Source: Pseudomonadales bacterium (GTDB lineage Bacteria > Pseudomonadota > Gammaproteobacteria > Pseudomonadales > UBA7239). From it: DNA of 64,000 bases. A program made the position numbers and the translations under genes. The stretch covers positions 750,035 through 814,034 of the forward strand of contig JAXMGN010000001.1 of assembly GCA_046347205.1 (NCBI GenBank), in the 5' to 3' direction. Each line of letters opens with the position of its first letter. The stretch's first letter is position 1. Positions 63,952 to 64,000 of this stretch are shown here, one piece after another. The notes below the pieces were generated by a model. It had not been told where the DNA came from. It saw only the letters and a list, made by a program, of their open reading frames with translations, and did no database searches.

Positions 63952-64000
63952 ATGAGCATGCAGTTGCAAACCTTCACACGCCATCAAGGTGAGTTGCGCG
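63952..64000 (+). CDS. lysA: probable diaminopimelate decarboxylase, 5' end only
   Basis: An ATG at 63952 lies 1 nt after the lptM stop. Only 16 codons (MSMQLQTFTRHQGELR) are visible. The call rests mainly on the conserved lptM-lysA linkage. Confidence 0.35.
   Translation, partial: MSMQLQTFTRHQGELR

Overview
Chromosomal window from a Gammaproteobacterium. Gene order is Pseudomonas/Cellvibrio-like: rpoZ-spoT-ridA, pcnB-folK-panB, an oprI/lpp-like lipoprotein, lptM-lysA. About 75 protein genes are densely packed. I saw no rRNA, tRNA, CRISPR array, transposase or integrase. All calls rest on reading the translated ORFs for family motifs, plus start-codon/RBS inspection and hairpin spotting. No database search was run, and motif comparisons to reference proteins are from memory.

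Main content:
1. 18.5-24.4 kb (minus strand) is the most interesting locus. It is a TetR-headed five-gene operon with the full parts list of a corrinoid-dependent methyl-transfer system: a RACo-type reductive activase, a B12-binding corrinoid protein, a substrate methyltransferase and a pterin-binding methyl-corrinoid:THF methyltransferase. The substrate methyltransferase looks like a pyrrolysine-free homolog of monomethylamine methyltransferase MtmB. Its substrate is unknown.
2. 46.4-62.8 kb (minus strand) holds a riboswitch-controlled btuB and a second riboswitch driving a roughly 13 kb translationally coupled operon: cbtBA, early-cobalt-insertion cbi genes, cobA, cbiB and cobD. It includes an unusual CbiH fused to a HemS/ChuX-like domain and a split CbiG.
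3. 35.6-39.0 kb is a three-gene DprE1/DprE2/UbiA-type module for polyprenyl-phospho-D-arabinofuranose-like synthesis. A HAD phosphatase domain is fused to the prenyl-phosphate phosphoribosyltransferase.
4. 16.9-18.5 kb carries three tandem paralogs of an uncharacterised ~160-aa protein.
5. A secreted protein combines a 7-blade RCC1-like region with thrombospondin type-3 repeats.

The rest is housekeeping: pckA, dtd, ctp, gmk, panB, folK, pcnB, cmoAB, PiT, pfk, and an lpp/L,D-transpeptidase module.
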